A stretch of 64,000 nt of DNA, taken from Ptychomitrium polyphyllum (Eukaryota). Every line of letters starts with the position of its first letter. Positions within the stretch are counted from its first letter, which is position 1. The stretch lies in contig OZ316776.1 in NCBI GenBank assembly GCA_973851085.1, positions 5,022,001 through 5,086,000 of the forward strand. Direction: 5' to 3'. Under the pieces are notes generated by a model. That model made no database searches and was not told the DNA's origin. It worked only from the letters and a program-made list of their open reading frames with translations. Shown here one piece after another: positions 12,901-26,705 of this stretch. The position numbers and the translations under genes were made by a program.

Positions 12901-15900
12901 TGTAATTTTTAACAACCATTTGCATATTTTAAATATATCTAATTTTTTGTTTACAAAAGCTTTGCACTTGGAAATTCAAAAAGTATTTGATCATTAAAAA
13001 AATACAAAAATAGTAAATAATAAGGTGTATAATGGCCAAAATATTTCATTTGAAAATTATGACTTCATAAACTTCATGGATTGGTAGGATGTAAGTCTAC
13101 TATAACTATGGAAAATTCATTTGCAAAAAAATTGATAATATATACACACAGCCATTAATTCACTATTTTCTTAGAATGAATTGGAAGCATTTACAAGAAT
13201 GATGTGAAGTTTTGAATTATATAAACCAATCCAAATATTTATCACAAAATATTTAAATATGTATTTTAAAACGTGTCTAGTTTATGCATGCCATAGGTAT
13301 ATTATATGTATTTTAGGTTACAAGTGCTAAAAAACATTATATTGAATGAAATGTTTTTAAGGCAATAATACCTAGAATTATAAAATTTGAGACAATTAAA
13401 TATGGTGACTATCAATAATATTAAAAGAATTGTATTAAATTAAGCATGCAAAAGAAAAAATTCCAACACCTTTTAAATAGTATTATTCAAACATTATATG
13501 GAAAAATTACAAATCTTTTAAAATAAGAATTTCAAAGGCTTAGCCTTTTTTGTTCCAAGTGATTTATAAATTTGCTAAAAGACATTATATTTGGTTTTGG
13601 CTTAAATATAATTAAGGCAATCAAATTATATTACACAAAAGGCCTAGGTTTAACAATACTTATTAAGAAATTTTTAATTAAAAATGGTCACTTAATATTC
13701 ATCTAAACTTATTGTAAAAGAATCCAAATTGATTTTGTGTAAAATTCATATTTTAATTCTTGACCACTCGATGCATGAAATTATTATATCTATCATAAGT
13801 GTACCTGCTTATCCATATTATTAATATTTCTACTTAATACTTTAATAATTCCTAATTTAAACATACTAACTCCAAAAAATATAAATTCATTTAGATTAAA
13901 GTTTGCTTTAAATATTAATACATATTACATAAAAACATATTAGAAAATTTCATAAAAAATTGTCTTCTAAAATAAATATTTTTTTACTTCATCAACAATA
14001 AGTTCATATACCTTAGGTTTTGTAAAGTTATTTTATTTACCAATATATCAAAATTTTAAAGAAATTAGCCATATGACAAAAAGTTACTTATATTTAATAA
14101 TAGAACTTATGGTGAGTATTTCAAAAGAGAGCATAGCTTTTATAAGGTTCAACTACATTCATATAGTGTGGTTTTCAAGAACTTTGCTCCATATCTAAAT
14201 CAACAACACTTATTCATCCCTAAAGATTTCACTTGATTTGATTTCAATTAAGTATTGATATTAAACGAATCTTTTGACCAATGTTCATTATTTATCAATA
14301 ATAATGGAAATCAATTTACACTTTGTTCTAGGGCATGCAATTCTTAATCAAAACATTTTCAAACAATTTAATAGAACCTGTAGAAAAATAGTTTTCAAAT
14401 GGACTTTAAATTTCTTGAATTAACTACATCAATTATATCACATGTGGCCATAGAGTGACGCAAGTGCAAAGGTGCCATTGAAGTGGTGATTTATAATTGG
14501 TTAGATGAAAAAGTTTAAAAAATTCAAAACCAAACAACCACAATATCAATATATTTTTTGAGTAGTATTAAAGTTATTGTGAATACATGAAAAACTTACT
14601 TAGATTCATTACTCTAGGATCATCAAATTTATTGCAAATTTCAAAGTGCCTTAAAGAATGTGAGAATTAACCATTTTGGTACCATCAAACCATATTATGC
14701 CTAAGAACATACCTAACCAAACTTTAGGGTGTAATCTAAAAATAAATACGACAAGGATAAGTTAATGTGGTTACTGTATAAATGAGGGAAGGAAGCCTAG
14801 CAACCACACTGGAGCTTATCCTCACTCTTGAAGTTCTCACCTTGGGGACTCCATCCCTGCCAAACTCACATGAACTTTCAGTGACTATTGTGCTTGTAGA
14901 GACAAGCCTTTCTCTATTCCAGCATTTGGGTTGGGTTCCCAAGTGAGACAAAGGCCTGAAGTAGATCATATGCTCTCTATACCTGCAGCTTTCATAGCTC
15001 AATTACCAAAGCCATGGGTCCACAGTTGAGAAAACTGACACAATCACAGTAGCCTAGCGTACATCTCAAAGATTGTCCAAGACTTCAACAGTCCTCAACT
15101 ATTACTCAGAAAACTCAAATCTATTTTACTCTAAACAAATCAATGACTTGTGTCTGGAAATTTTTGGCCTTTTCTTCAAAGTTCACACTGTCCTCTTCCT
15201 CCAAACGTCAATCCACCTCAAAGACCATGGGCACCTTGATGACTAGGATGATTGTCTCAGATTCACCAGAGAAGGTGGAATCTGAAACCAAGAACATGCT
15301 GTGTATGAATCCATCCCTGGCGATCATAATAGCTGAAACATGTATCTTATCCCCTTCTTCTTGGTCAAGTAGAGTCAACAGGTATGTATGTGAGTAGAAA
15401 TTAAAACAACTGTGGTTTAAATGTAGTTGTTGGGACTACAATAATGAATGTGGACTGGAACTGAGAATGTTACATAATTCATTCAAATTCTGCTACATCC
15501 TGCACAATTTGACACACATTGGAAGTGAGTTTCCCCAATTTTGCAGCATGTCCAGGGTTTTGGTTTTTGAGCACCTTCAGGAGAAATGTAGGAGAAAAAG
15601 TGGAGTATTCTTGTATTGTTATACCTCATGGCAAACGTCATGAAGGCAAAAAGAAATTGAAGTCTAAAGAAAATCTTTAATTTAATGTGCATTTATTAGC
15701 AGTTTAATTACATGGATTTTATAATATTCAGTCACAATTTGTATTTAATTTAACCAGTACTATCTATGTGTCCAAATTTTGGACCTTTTTAACATGTTTA
15801 CACTAGTTTCTTTGCCGCTATCAATTATTGTTTACATCCATCAACCTTAAATTAATTTATCAATATTAAAATGGTTTAGATTTCTATAACAACTTATACA

Positions 15901-18900
15901 AACAATTTATAAGTAAAAATATTAAAATTATGTTTTTTCTAATTTAAATTTTGACTTTTGTAAATTAAATCTTAGATCTTGGTTGTTCCAAAATTCCAAA
16001 ATATTCTAATTTTGAGACTTTAACAATTTCATTAATAGAATGAAGAATCAAAAAAATTCAATACTTTTTTAATAATGAATTTTTAAGATAAACATAAATT
16101 ATTATTTTTTAAAAAGTATTCAAAATTATACTTAATAAAAATGATAGATCCAATCTTACATTGTCACATTATAGATGCACATATTGACTAATCTATTAAT
16201 TGATTGTCTTTTACATAAATTTTTGTAATAAAGAAGGTAGAAAGAAAATGAAAGAAGAATAAAGGAATAAAAGGGGCCATGGTAATAATCAAATATTTGG
16301 TGTGTAGTCTATTATCTTCCTTCCCACTTTGTTTTCCTAAAATTTTCTTAATTGTATTTTTATTAAAAATTCTAACTTCATCAAAGACGCATTTTAAAGG
16401 TTGAAGTTATAAGATAAGGATTAAACAAAGAGATTAAAGAAGACAAAATGAATTGAATAAATAGTAATAAATAGTTGGATTTATAATTTGGTAGGATAAA
16501 AAGTTTGACTAATTAGAGGTGGACACAATAAAAAAAAAATGAATGCTTTCAACGTGCAAGTGGGCCAATTGAAGAAAAGAGGTGCTAGAAAATAGAAAAG
16601 AAGAAAAATTGAGCTAGATTGAAAGAGAAAGGCGGTCTTTTTGTAGGAGCAAAATTTGAAGTGTAGAGTTTTGGCTTGTGTGTGTATTTTGAGAATCTCT
16701 GAAAATAAAATTTTGGAGAGGACCTTTTGGTGATATTTAAGACATGCTTGGAAAATTTTAGATCCTACTTTATATTAGTAAAAGAGATGTAGAGCAACAA
16801 AATGCTAAGGATTTAAAAACTTTGGCAACTGAAAGGACAAAGTGTGAAAGTTTGGTTCTTTATAGGTATTACAAAGACTAGATTGAGATTTTCAAAATAA
16901 AATTTTAGTTGCTTTGTTGGAATCCAAATTTGAGAGGCAAATGAACTTTTAATTAGAAGATATGATAGAAATTACAATGGAGAATTGAATGCAATGTAAA
17001 GGGAGAAACTCAAGGCAAGGAAAATGGTTGTTTCTACTCACTCATTAATCCAATCATTATAAAATATATTAAGTATTTTTTTGATGAGATATAAGATTAG
17101 CTCACAAAAAATTGTTGAAAAGAAAAGAAATATTTATAAAGTTATAGAAGGCTAATATAGAAGGAACCAAAATAAAAGAAATAAACTTGCATTTTGGCTT
17201 GATTGTTTTTCAATGTCAATAAAGATGGTTATAAGATTTCAAAGTGATAAGGTTTAGGTCCATAGTGATAGATTAAAAGATTTAGCAAGTGGGTTTGGAA
17301 GAATAGCACAATTTGCTAGTATAAAGTCTTGTCTAGAGTCATTTGCAATTAAAAACCTAAGTTTATCCTTAAAAAAATTATTTCATCTTAACAACACATC
17401 TAATGTATAAATTATAACTTACAAAAAGAATCCATCATGCCTCCAAATATTAGGCTCTAATTTCATGACATATATTTTCAAAATTTTAAATTAAAAAAAA
17501 TCCTTTGGTTGTGTTAGGCCAAAAATAAATTATAATTTAATCTTGCGTTCATTGACATATTGAATTTTTAACTTTTAAATGTCATAAGTGATCAAATTTG
17601 TCAATGGAACTTCTAAAACCTAATCTGGTGCCTCAAATGTCCATTTCTAGCCAATGTGTTGAATTCCCACCCTTACTCAAATTGTCTTATTTATTTATAA
17701 GGGTTATTGGCTTATTAAAATAATCAATATCTAATAAGAAATGCACAGTTAAAAAATTGGTGTATTGAAAGTCACTACTCTTTTTAACATCCATAAATTA
17801 TTTGCTTATGCAAATTGTAGTTATTTTAAAAAAATTAAAAATGAATTTTTATTATTATTTTTCAAATTTTATTATTTTCAGGTTTGTCTCATTATCCAAA
17901 TTAAGAAAATTAAGATTGAAGGAAAATGAGCATTCCTTGCTGCTCCACTTTGAAGATATGCAAGGTTTTCAAAGCAGACCAACTATGCTAAAATTTAGCA
18001 TTACTATCATATTTTGTTTTTTCTTTTGTAATAAATTTTCTTGAATACATGAAAATTTGGCAGTGAAGTGGCCCTGGAAAAGGAAGAAACATCAACAGTG
18101 TTTTAAGGGTTAACACGTCTTTACTCCAGCCAACATGCTGCTGTGACAATTCATCATAGTGAACTTGCATTCTTTTGAGGTTGCCATTACAACAAGTATG
18201 AATCAGTTTTGAGGTGTAATATCTGATTGCAGTGTTTGACCTCTCATATAAATGCCATCACATAACTCCCCTCTTGACTACAATACGCATAATACATAGC
18301 ACAAGTAGCCAATGCACATTCATATGATTCAACTATGATCATGGGTGTTGCTACCAAGTTGAAGGTGACCCACCTCAGCTCTTAGAAATGCTAAGCATCT
18401 CCCAGTAGATCACTTAGTGATTGTTCTTGTTCTTAAAGTGTTTTAGGTATTAAAGTGTTCTCCATCAATTTAATATTAGCAAGACTGAAAAGGATTATGA
18501 AACTCTTTTTGAACATGTCATTTGTTAAGTTACATGTTTAGCAAAATTTGAGAAAACAAGTTTCTAAGTACTGGACCTGGAGAAAACTAAGAAGGGTCCA
18601 CCACCTCTGCTTGAGCTTCTTGTAGACACTGATATATACCAAACACCCACACCTGCGCCTAATAGAGAAACTCAATAATACTTCACTATGCTAGCAAGTT
18701 TTCACTTCATAAATTAATTAATCTGGCAATGGAAGAGGGGAGTACATATTGCATCCTGGTATGCTTTACTGCACACAGCATCATCTACATCACATGTACA
18801 TTTAAGATGTACAACAAACTACCTTGCAGATGCATAAGTTTTTACTTCACCGCCTCATAAATGTGATGGTTTTGTAATGGTGGTTGGTGCATGAGTTATA

Positions 18901-20620
18901 AAACTGATGCTTGCAACACCCTGACTAAAATGACAAAGATGACAGAGGATGATACAGCATTTGGTGTAAGAGTTTTGTATTGGAGTTTTATTGGTGAGAA
19001 GGAGGGCATAAATGATCGGAAGGGAAGGTGTTCTTTGGGTTTTAGAGCTTGGAAGGGGGACAAGATATGGTGGAGGCAGAGGCTAGGCAGAGCTGCAGGG
19101 AGGGGTTGTGCCATGCAGGATTGGGGGGAGTGACATGGTATGGCATAGCTTACACATTGCTTCATTACACTAAATTAGTAGAAACAATCTTACACTATAG
19201 ACAAAGTGTACATAAAATATGTCATTGTGATTGAAACGTTCTGCTGCATTCCTATTAGCACAGCTTGCACAGTGGGAGGAAATGCAGGAATGTGTTTGAT
19301 TCTTGTGTGTAGGCTTATTAGAGAAAGTGCCAAAACTTCTGTAAAAAGAACTGAAACATATCTTACACAGAAGTTCTGTAACTATTATTCTACATTACAC
19401 AGTCTTGGATGTGCAATGTGTACTCTTGGTTAGAATCTCAGGACAATGGCTTATTCTGCATAAGTGGCTAGAGGGAAGGTGTGCACTGGATGCCCTTATA
19501 TCTTACCTGGTAAACAGTACATACATTGTCACAGTCACCAGCCTTGTTCTTGGCACAGTAGGTGGAGTTAACACCCAGTTTGTACTCAGGTCACAATGCT
19601 AATTGTATTGTCACACTTGAGTACTTCCCTGCCAACCTTGACATGGGAGCCCAGTGTACCTAAAGTGGTCACAACATGTTCTACCCTAGTATGATATTGG
19701 TTTCACTGATTACTGTCAATAATTCTCAGTTCATTGTAGTATGTCAGATGTTTTGCTAAAATGTCATCTTAAACTAATACCACATCAAATTTGTCACCAA
19801 GAGGAATAGACCACAAATGTGGTAAGCCAGACAAAGTCAGACAAGATTGTAAAGCATGAGTGAATTATTGATTTTGGCAAAACAGCAACTTACATTTTAA
19901 ATATACAAATGGCCCCCTATTCCATACATGAGACTTAAGTATGTCCTCTAAGTGCATTGAGGGTGATGCATCTAGCCATGTGGCATAGACAGAGAATTTG
20001 AAAAATCACTATGTGATTTTGAAACATTTACAATCTAAGTATGACCATGATTCACTAATTTATTGCAGTCAGAACATTCTCTGGGCAAAGCCGGTACAGT
20101 TCTATTATTTGAAGAAGCCATTCCCCCTATGAAATGTGTTCTAATTAAAACTGAAGGAAGATGTGAGCTAAATCATCAAGCTAGACTCCTGTTTTCATGT
20201 CACACTACCATGTAACCTCACTATAATTAGTTGTTCATGTCCCATTAACAGGCCAACTACACTAACTTACTTCGAAAGTACTTACCCTAATGTTACAACC
20301 TCATACAGGCTAACTTAGGCCCCACTCCCCATCGCCACTTTGGTGAAAGGGATGTGAGAGTGATTGGGCAGTACCTCTAGGAAGAAGATTGCAGGCAGAA
20401 CTGCTCTATTTGTACTGCACCTCAATCATGCACTTGGTGAGTAGTGGCCACAATGGGAGGAGGGAGTTCCGGTACTAAGTACAAGTATGACACTTTCCAT
20501 CAGCTTCCAACTAACTCCACCTAGTCTCTTCCGCTTTCACTTAATTCATTCTATTGCTGATAGTTCTACTAAACAGTAATCATCCATTTAATTTGGACGT
20601 TTCAGTATACAGCAATCCCT

Positions 20621-20744
20621 AGCACTACTTTCTTAAGCACTACTTTCTTAAGCACTGCTTTCTTAAGCACTGCTTTCTTAAGCACTGCTTTCTTAAGCAC
20701 TGCTTTCTTAAGCACTACTTTCTTAAGCACTACTTTATTAAGCA
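20621..20744. repeat. 15-bp minisatellite AGCACTRCTTTCTTA x8
   Basis: Eight consecutive units start at 20621, 20636 ... 20726; one A/G variant position and one C>A change in the last unit. Confidence 0.95.
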
Positions 20745-22984
20745 GTTTGAAATAACTTACCCCTCATCCTTCACATTGGAAAGTGGGAAATCAATAGTAA
20801 ATGATTGTAATCAAGGCACGTGGCATGTGGAAGTAAAAGCATGAATCTAATATTTAAATTCCTTAATTCCCAAAGGATCCTATTCATCTCACTCTTTGAA
20901 AATTCACAAAGATCACTTAATAAAATATTGCTTAAGTGAATTCTTTAGAATTGATGTCCAAATGAAAGTTATAAGGGTTGAATTATAGTCTATGGATATG
21001 TGATATGATTAAATATTCATATCATCCATATTTTTGTAATTATTTGAAATATAAACACTTCAAGTTCTTTCTAGAATAATGAAAGACAAAATATTCATAA
21101 TTTTTGAAAATTTTGTTGCTAAGAGTTTGAAATGTAATACTTATAATATGGTAATTTTTTGATTTTTTAAAATTTTATAGAATCATTAGCTCAAAAATTT
21201 CAAATTAAAGTTCTCAAACATTTCAACTTAACATACTTCTGATCCATTAATTATAGAAAATCATACACCAGACATTCTAGAATTCAACTTAGTAAATACA
21301 TTGCTTGAGAATCATTTGACTTTGAGCAGAATCGGATGGATGAAATATTTGATCCAATTTCCAAGATTTTTTGAGGTTAAAACAATTTGTTAATCATTGA
21401 TTAGTTTCTACCTCCTTTAAGGCTTAAGGTTATTGGAAACCTTATTGGTGTTTTATATCATTGTGTTATATAGCACAATATCTTGATTTTTTGAACTAAT
21501 AATCAATTCCAAAGTTCTTAAAAAATCTGAGTAACACACTTTAATCAAGAAAGTCATTTTTGTAAAGCATGCGGCTAAAATGAATTTTTAAACTTGTCTT
21601 ACATGTTTAAAATTCTTTGGAATTCATTTTGTGCAAGTGTATTCAAGCCCCTCTAAGGATTAGCTTGGCATACAAATTCATTCAGTCTTCAGTGGGATAA
21701 GACTTTTTCAATGAAATTGTGTGTTTGGATATTCAAATTACCTGTTTCACAAAAGGTGTTTGAGATGTTCAAAGTGGTCATTGAAGAATCTTATGACATA
21801 CTTACATAACATTCTTAGGTTTAGAATCTGCTTGAATGAGAAATGTTTTACCAAAGTGAGGGATCCAGGGCCATTGTTGCCATGAAGGGTCTTGGGGCAC
21901 TGACCTGAGGCTCCAGTGTGGAGGTGAATTTTGTGGGATGAGATTGTGTCAATAGGCAGCCTGCAGTTAGCTTTTGGGTCAGTGGCCATGAAGACAATCA
22001 GGGATGGTATTTTCACTTTATTTATTGTGACTTGGTGGTGCTGGCAATATCTCAGTGATGAGAGTGTGAGAGCAGGGAAATAGATGGTGCCTTGAAGGTT
22101 TTGCAACTATCTAACTGTGTTAAGTTCTGTTGCCAATGACTTGTTGAAGAAGGGTGGTCTATATAGGGAAGTGGGATTTGTTTTTGTACTACACCTTGTA
22201 CCTGTAGACATAAGATGGAAAATAGAAGGACTTTTTCCTCAATCACAGAGGACCTTTGGTGAACATATTATGCAAATGAATATTAAATCTATTGGAAAAT
22301 GATTTTCAAACTGTTGAAAATGAATAATAACATTGTACATGTAGGTTAGCTACTACTACCAAGGTAAACTGCTAAGCTTACATTCATTAGATTTCAAATT
22401 CTTGATACTGGTTGGCTTGCATTTAGAAAGTGTTGGTGATATCATTAAATTTGGATGCAAATGAGATTATAAGCTTGTGACAGGTGAGAAAAAGGTAAAT
22501 TTTGTTCTAATTTTGCAGAAAAATATGTGGTAATAGCACACTGATACTTGTTTCATATGAATGAAATTAGTGTAGTTATGCATAAATTAGATTGTGATTA
22601 AGCACACTTGTTATTAAGGTGGTTAACATGCAGGCTTGCCAAGAGGTGTCAGAATTTTTACAAAAGCATAATCCAAATTTTCATAACAAAATCAAAATAT
22701 GTTCCAAAGAAATTGCGTTCACTTGCAATGATTTTCAAACAGTATCTTTTTTATTCACAAAATACTATTAGAAATTTAAACAACTTTCATAAAAGGGCAC
22801 ATTACTTATCCAGTTGGTCACAAGATATGATACACATGCAAACCAACAGACAGTGGACAACTACATGCAGGCCTCATGAATAACCATATACTTAAGCTTG
22901 ATTTGTACTCATTTTGAACATGACTTACTGAGATTAGATGATCAACGGAAGCGTGAGTCTCTCATTGGCAATCTATTTACATCT

Positions 22985-23523
22985 ATCTATCTAAATTGGC
23001 AAATGGCTAATCCCTCTGAACTTGAAGTGAAGTCCCTAATCTGTTGAATGTTGTAACATTCTATAGTGACCTATATGAACTTTCTCTTCCCAAGGAATAT
23101 TCTCAAATCTTTTATAACAAAAGATTGAGGAAGTCTGTGCATCAAATCATCAAATTAAATTCATGTCTTCATGTATTCAATGTTATATGCCCTCACTATC
23201 ATTAATTGCTAATTCTTCACATTTTAAGATAAAAATGAAGAAATACTAAAGAATATTATGGAATAATTTATTCATTTTTGGATTATCTTGGCCTTTGATT
23301 CTCAAAATGACAAATAAATAAGCTTTTTATTAATCAATTGACATAATTTTAATCATTGGCTTTAGCTAGTCCTTTGGACAAGTTACAACATGATTATCAA
23401 CAAGATTATTTTGACCATCCAATTACCAACTTGCCTCTATTAATATTATGGATAATCTTAAAATATACAAATAAATAATGTCAAGTCTACAGTGTAATTA
23501 GCCATTTGCCAATTTAGATAGAT
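22985..23523. mobile_element. MITE-like element bounded by a perfect 27-bp inverted repeat
   Basis: ATCTATCTAAATTGGCAAATGGCTAAT (22985-23011) is the exact reverse complement of 23497-23523. The interior is AT-rich and non-coding. TSD is ambiguous. Confidence 0.6.
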
Positions 23524-26283
23524 CTTTCTTATAATTAGTTATATTTTTAAAATCAAACATCTTTTCATCAATTTCATATTATTTGGCAATTATTAATGTA
23601 TTTGGCATTTTTAAAGAATACTTGTTGTCTATTTTGTGAATTTTTGATGTCTTATTATTGTCTAAAATCATTACATTCTTTGGCTAGATAACCTTGCACC
23701 ACATCTATAATAGACTATCTTGCTAAATATTTCAATTGTAAACAAGCTTAGCAAAATTTTGCAGCCTTTAGTATAGTTTAAGACTTAAAGAAAAAATAAA
23801 ATATTTTTCTACTCTTACTTGTCATTGTGTTAGCCATCCAACTATAGAATTTTATGTAGTAATCATAATATTGTTGTTTCAATGCTCTACACATCAATTT
23901 TAAAGTTGCATGCAAAAAACTGGAGTATGTATTTTGTTCTTTCAAAATATGAATTATGTGGAAATTGTAGAAAGATATGTGTTAAATATCATGCTTCTCA
24001 AGAAGAGTATACCTGCGTTGAAATTCTAGAGTCCCAACGTCTTACTCTTTTGGAAAATAGAGTCATTGCCACTTGAATATTAATCCTTTGAGGCCATACT
24101 ACTTTATGAAGAAATTGTGTTTTTTGGTAAGTGCATGCTAGACCCATGAACTTTTCAAGTCACAATACATTAGTTTGAGAAAAGCGTATATTTGTAAACT
24201 AAAACATTTGATCTTGTAAGCCTTTCTAAATTTTTTGTTTCTTATGGTGGTGAATAAACATTTTAAGATCCTTTGAACATAATTAAACAAGTCACAAAAT
24301 TAAACAATGTAATTTATTTTGTGATATTGCCAACAATATTAAAATGTCACAAAGTATTAATGTACACAAAAAAAAAAAAAAATCTATATGTTGAATAATC
24401 CAAAAGGTGACTTCTTTTATAGAAAAAAAAAAACTTTGGTTATTATTTTTATATTTTATTGGTTGAAAACACTTTTATTTGAAATGGATATACTAAAATG
24501 ATGTAAATACTTCTAGCATTAGAAAAATAACAATAAAATTTTCATTAATTAAAATCTAATTGATGATTTTGAAATCCAATTTGAATTTGAGGATTAAGGT
24601 GGTTGATTAATGAAGCTTTAGAAACAACAATTTTTTGGTGTTTAATTTTTTTCTATCTTCACTAAATGTTATAGATAAGGAATACATTGTATATATAATG
24701 TACATTGTCAATATACATCTTCATTACAAAAGCTTCAAATCCACCAATGAGTGCATTAATGCAAATTCAACCACCATATTGGAACCAATATTCATAAAAG
24801 AGTCTATTCTTTAAAATACTTCTAATATAGAACCAAATTGCCAAGATAGCACAAAATTTAACATATTTTCAATTTCTTCCTTCATTTTTTAATATTGATG
24901 GATTGTATCAAACTCAATGTTTTGAATGCAATATTTAATTATATAATATAATAATGAATATTTTTTGTATTTAGAAAATGATGGAAACATCCAATATTCT
25001 TATTATAATATTATAATATGTATTTATAACATATTCTATTATATTTTTAATGTGATTTTTGAATGGGATGTTGTTTTGGCAGTAGATAGAATTTTACAAA
25101 AGTTTATAAAATATAATCAATGAGGATTACAATTATTAAACCCTAGTTATTACATTCCATTAGCAAAATGAGTTGTTTTGGATAAGGAGATTGGAAGGCA
25201 AGTTATTAAATAATCACTTACTAATTGATATTCCAGGTTAATAATTTCCTTAAATAAAGTGCTTGATAATTGGTAACTTAATAATTTGCAATGAAATAGA
25301 CTAGGGCTTATCTAAATTATTATAATTAGCCAAAATGTACATTATAAAAAGAGAGTTGTTTTGAAAGCGCCATGCAACTTTTTTCTTGTATAATTTTTGC
25401 TTAATTTGAGTTGTGTCTCTTAGTTGTACTTTGTGTTAATACTAATAGGCTTCTTTGCATCATTTCTACATTGCTTTGTTCTACCAAGTGTTACTAAGTG
25501 TGAGTTAGTACTTTTGTGGTTGATTAAAATGGTTTAGAAATTTGTTTAAGACTACAATTTGATGTTGTAGCTCTATTTTGGTTCAGGTTTGTATAGTCGG
25601 CCAACAAAAGAATACTATGTGAAGTATTTCTATCCTTAATACAAACTAGTATACAAAAAACCAAAATATGAATATACCGGTGGATAATGTCATGCATATT
25701 GTTTATCCAAAATAGTATATGAGCTGTAGTTCAAACAAGCAAGGGAGAGACATATTCTAATTTCAAAACAACTTTGCTTAAAGCCACTCAACATGATTGG
25801 ATCTAATATGATTAGCTTGCAGCTGGAATAGCATTTGGAATTGCTTTTCAGAATTTTTGTGTATATTGTATCATTGTGAATATGTTTTTGAAATCATTGT
25901 ATATTTACCTTTTGGTTGTAAAGAAGTGATTGATGCCTCAATTTCATACTGTGAACTTCAACCTTCAAATCTTAGCAATAAAACTCAAATCAAAAGATGG
26001 AGACACACAAATAATTTCAAGTTGTGCCAAAAAAAAATAATGTTGATGATGATTCTTTCATTCTTATTAGTTGCCCATTCAATGATACATGATGATATTT
26101 ACATACAATATAATTAAATTTTAAATTTAATTATTTATTATAGCAATTTTCTAATATGCTCCTTCAAATGAACCAATACATAGTTGTGTTCTTGTGGTCC
26201 AAATTTGAATATAATAGCACTTTTAATTTCCAATCAAATATTGTTAGTTATTGTCATAATATATTATATATCCATATTTTTCC

Positions 26284-26705
26284 TATTAAAAACACAAAAA
26301 ACAAGAAGCAATCATGAAGTGGTTTCCAAGAATTAGCTTCCAAGAAAATAATGATTAACAAGAATTAATACAAAGATTAGAATACAAACTTATTGCAAAT
26401 GTGATCCACAAATTATGTTGGCAAAAACACAAAACTAAGGCATATCTTATCTTGCCTCCTATTTATGTTGTGATGCTTGTATTTTTCAAAATACTTTTGA
26501 AGAAACTTCTTATAAAATTTAAGAAAGTTCTAAAAATCTATGGAACTTTCTTAAGAAATTTTCCAAAGAGATGGATCCTTTTTAAGAAATTTTCCAAGGT
26601 GAAATGATTATGGAAGTATTGAAAAGATTCTTAGAAGCTACAACAATGTATTAGAAAGTTATAGAAGCTTCTAAAGACTATGTTGCATGATTTATGTCCA
26701 TGACA
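26284..26705 (-). mobile_element. Degenerate solo LTR, same family as 33571-34216
   Basis: Colinear similarity to 33571-34216 (AAGAATTAGCTTCCAA...ATGATTAACAAGAA...TGATCCACAA...GACTATGTTGCATGA...TGACA end), with fewer internal repeats and an eroded left end. Confidence 0.65.
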
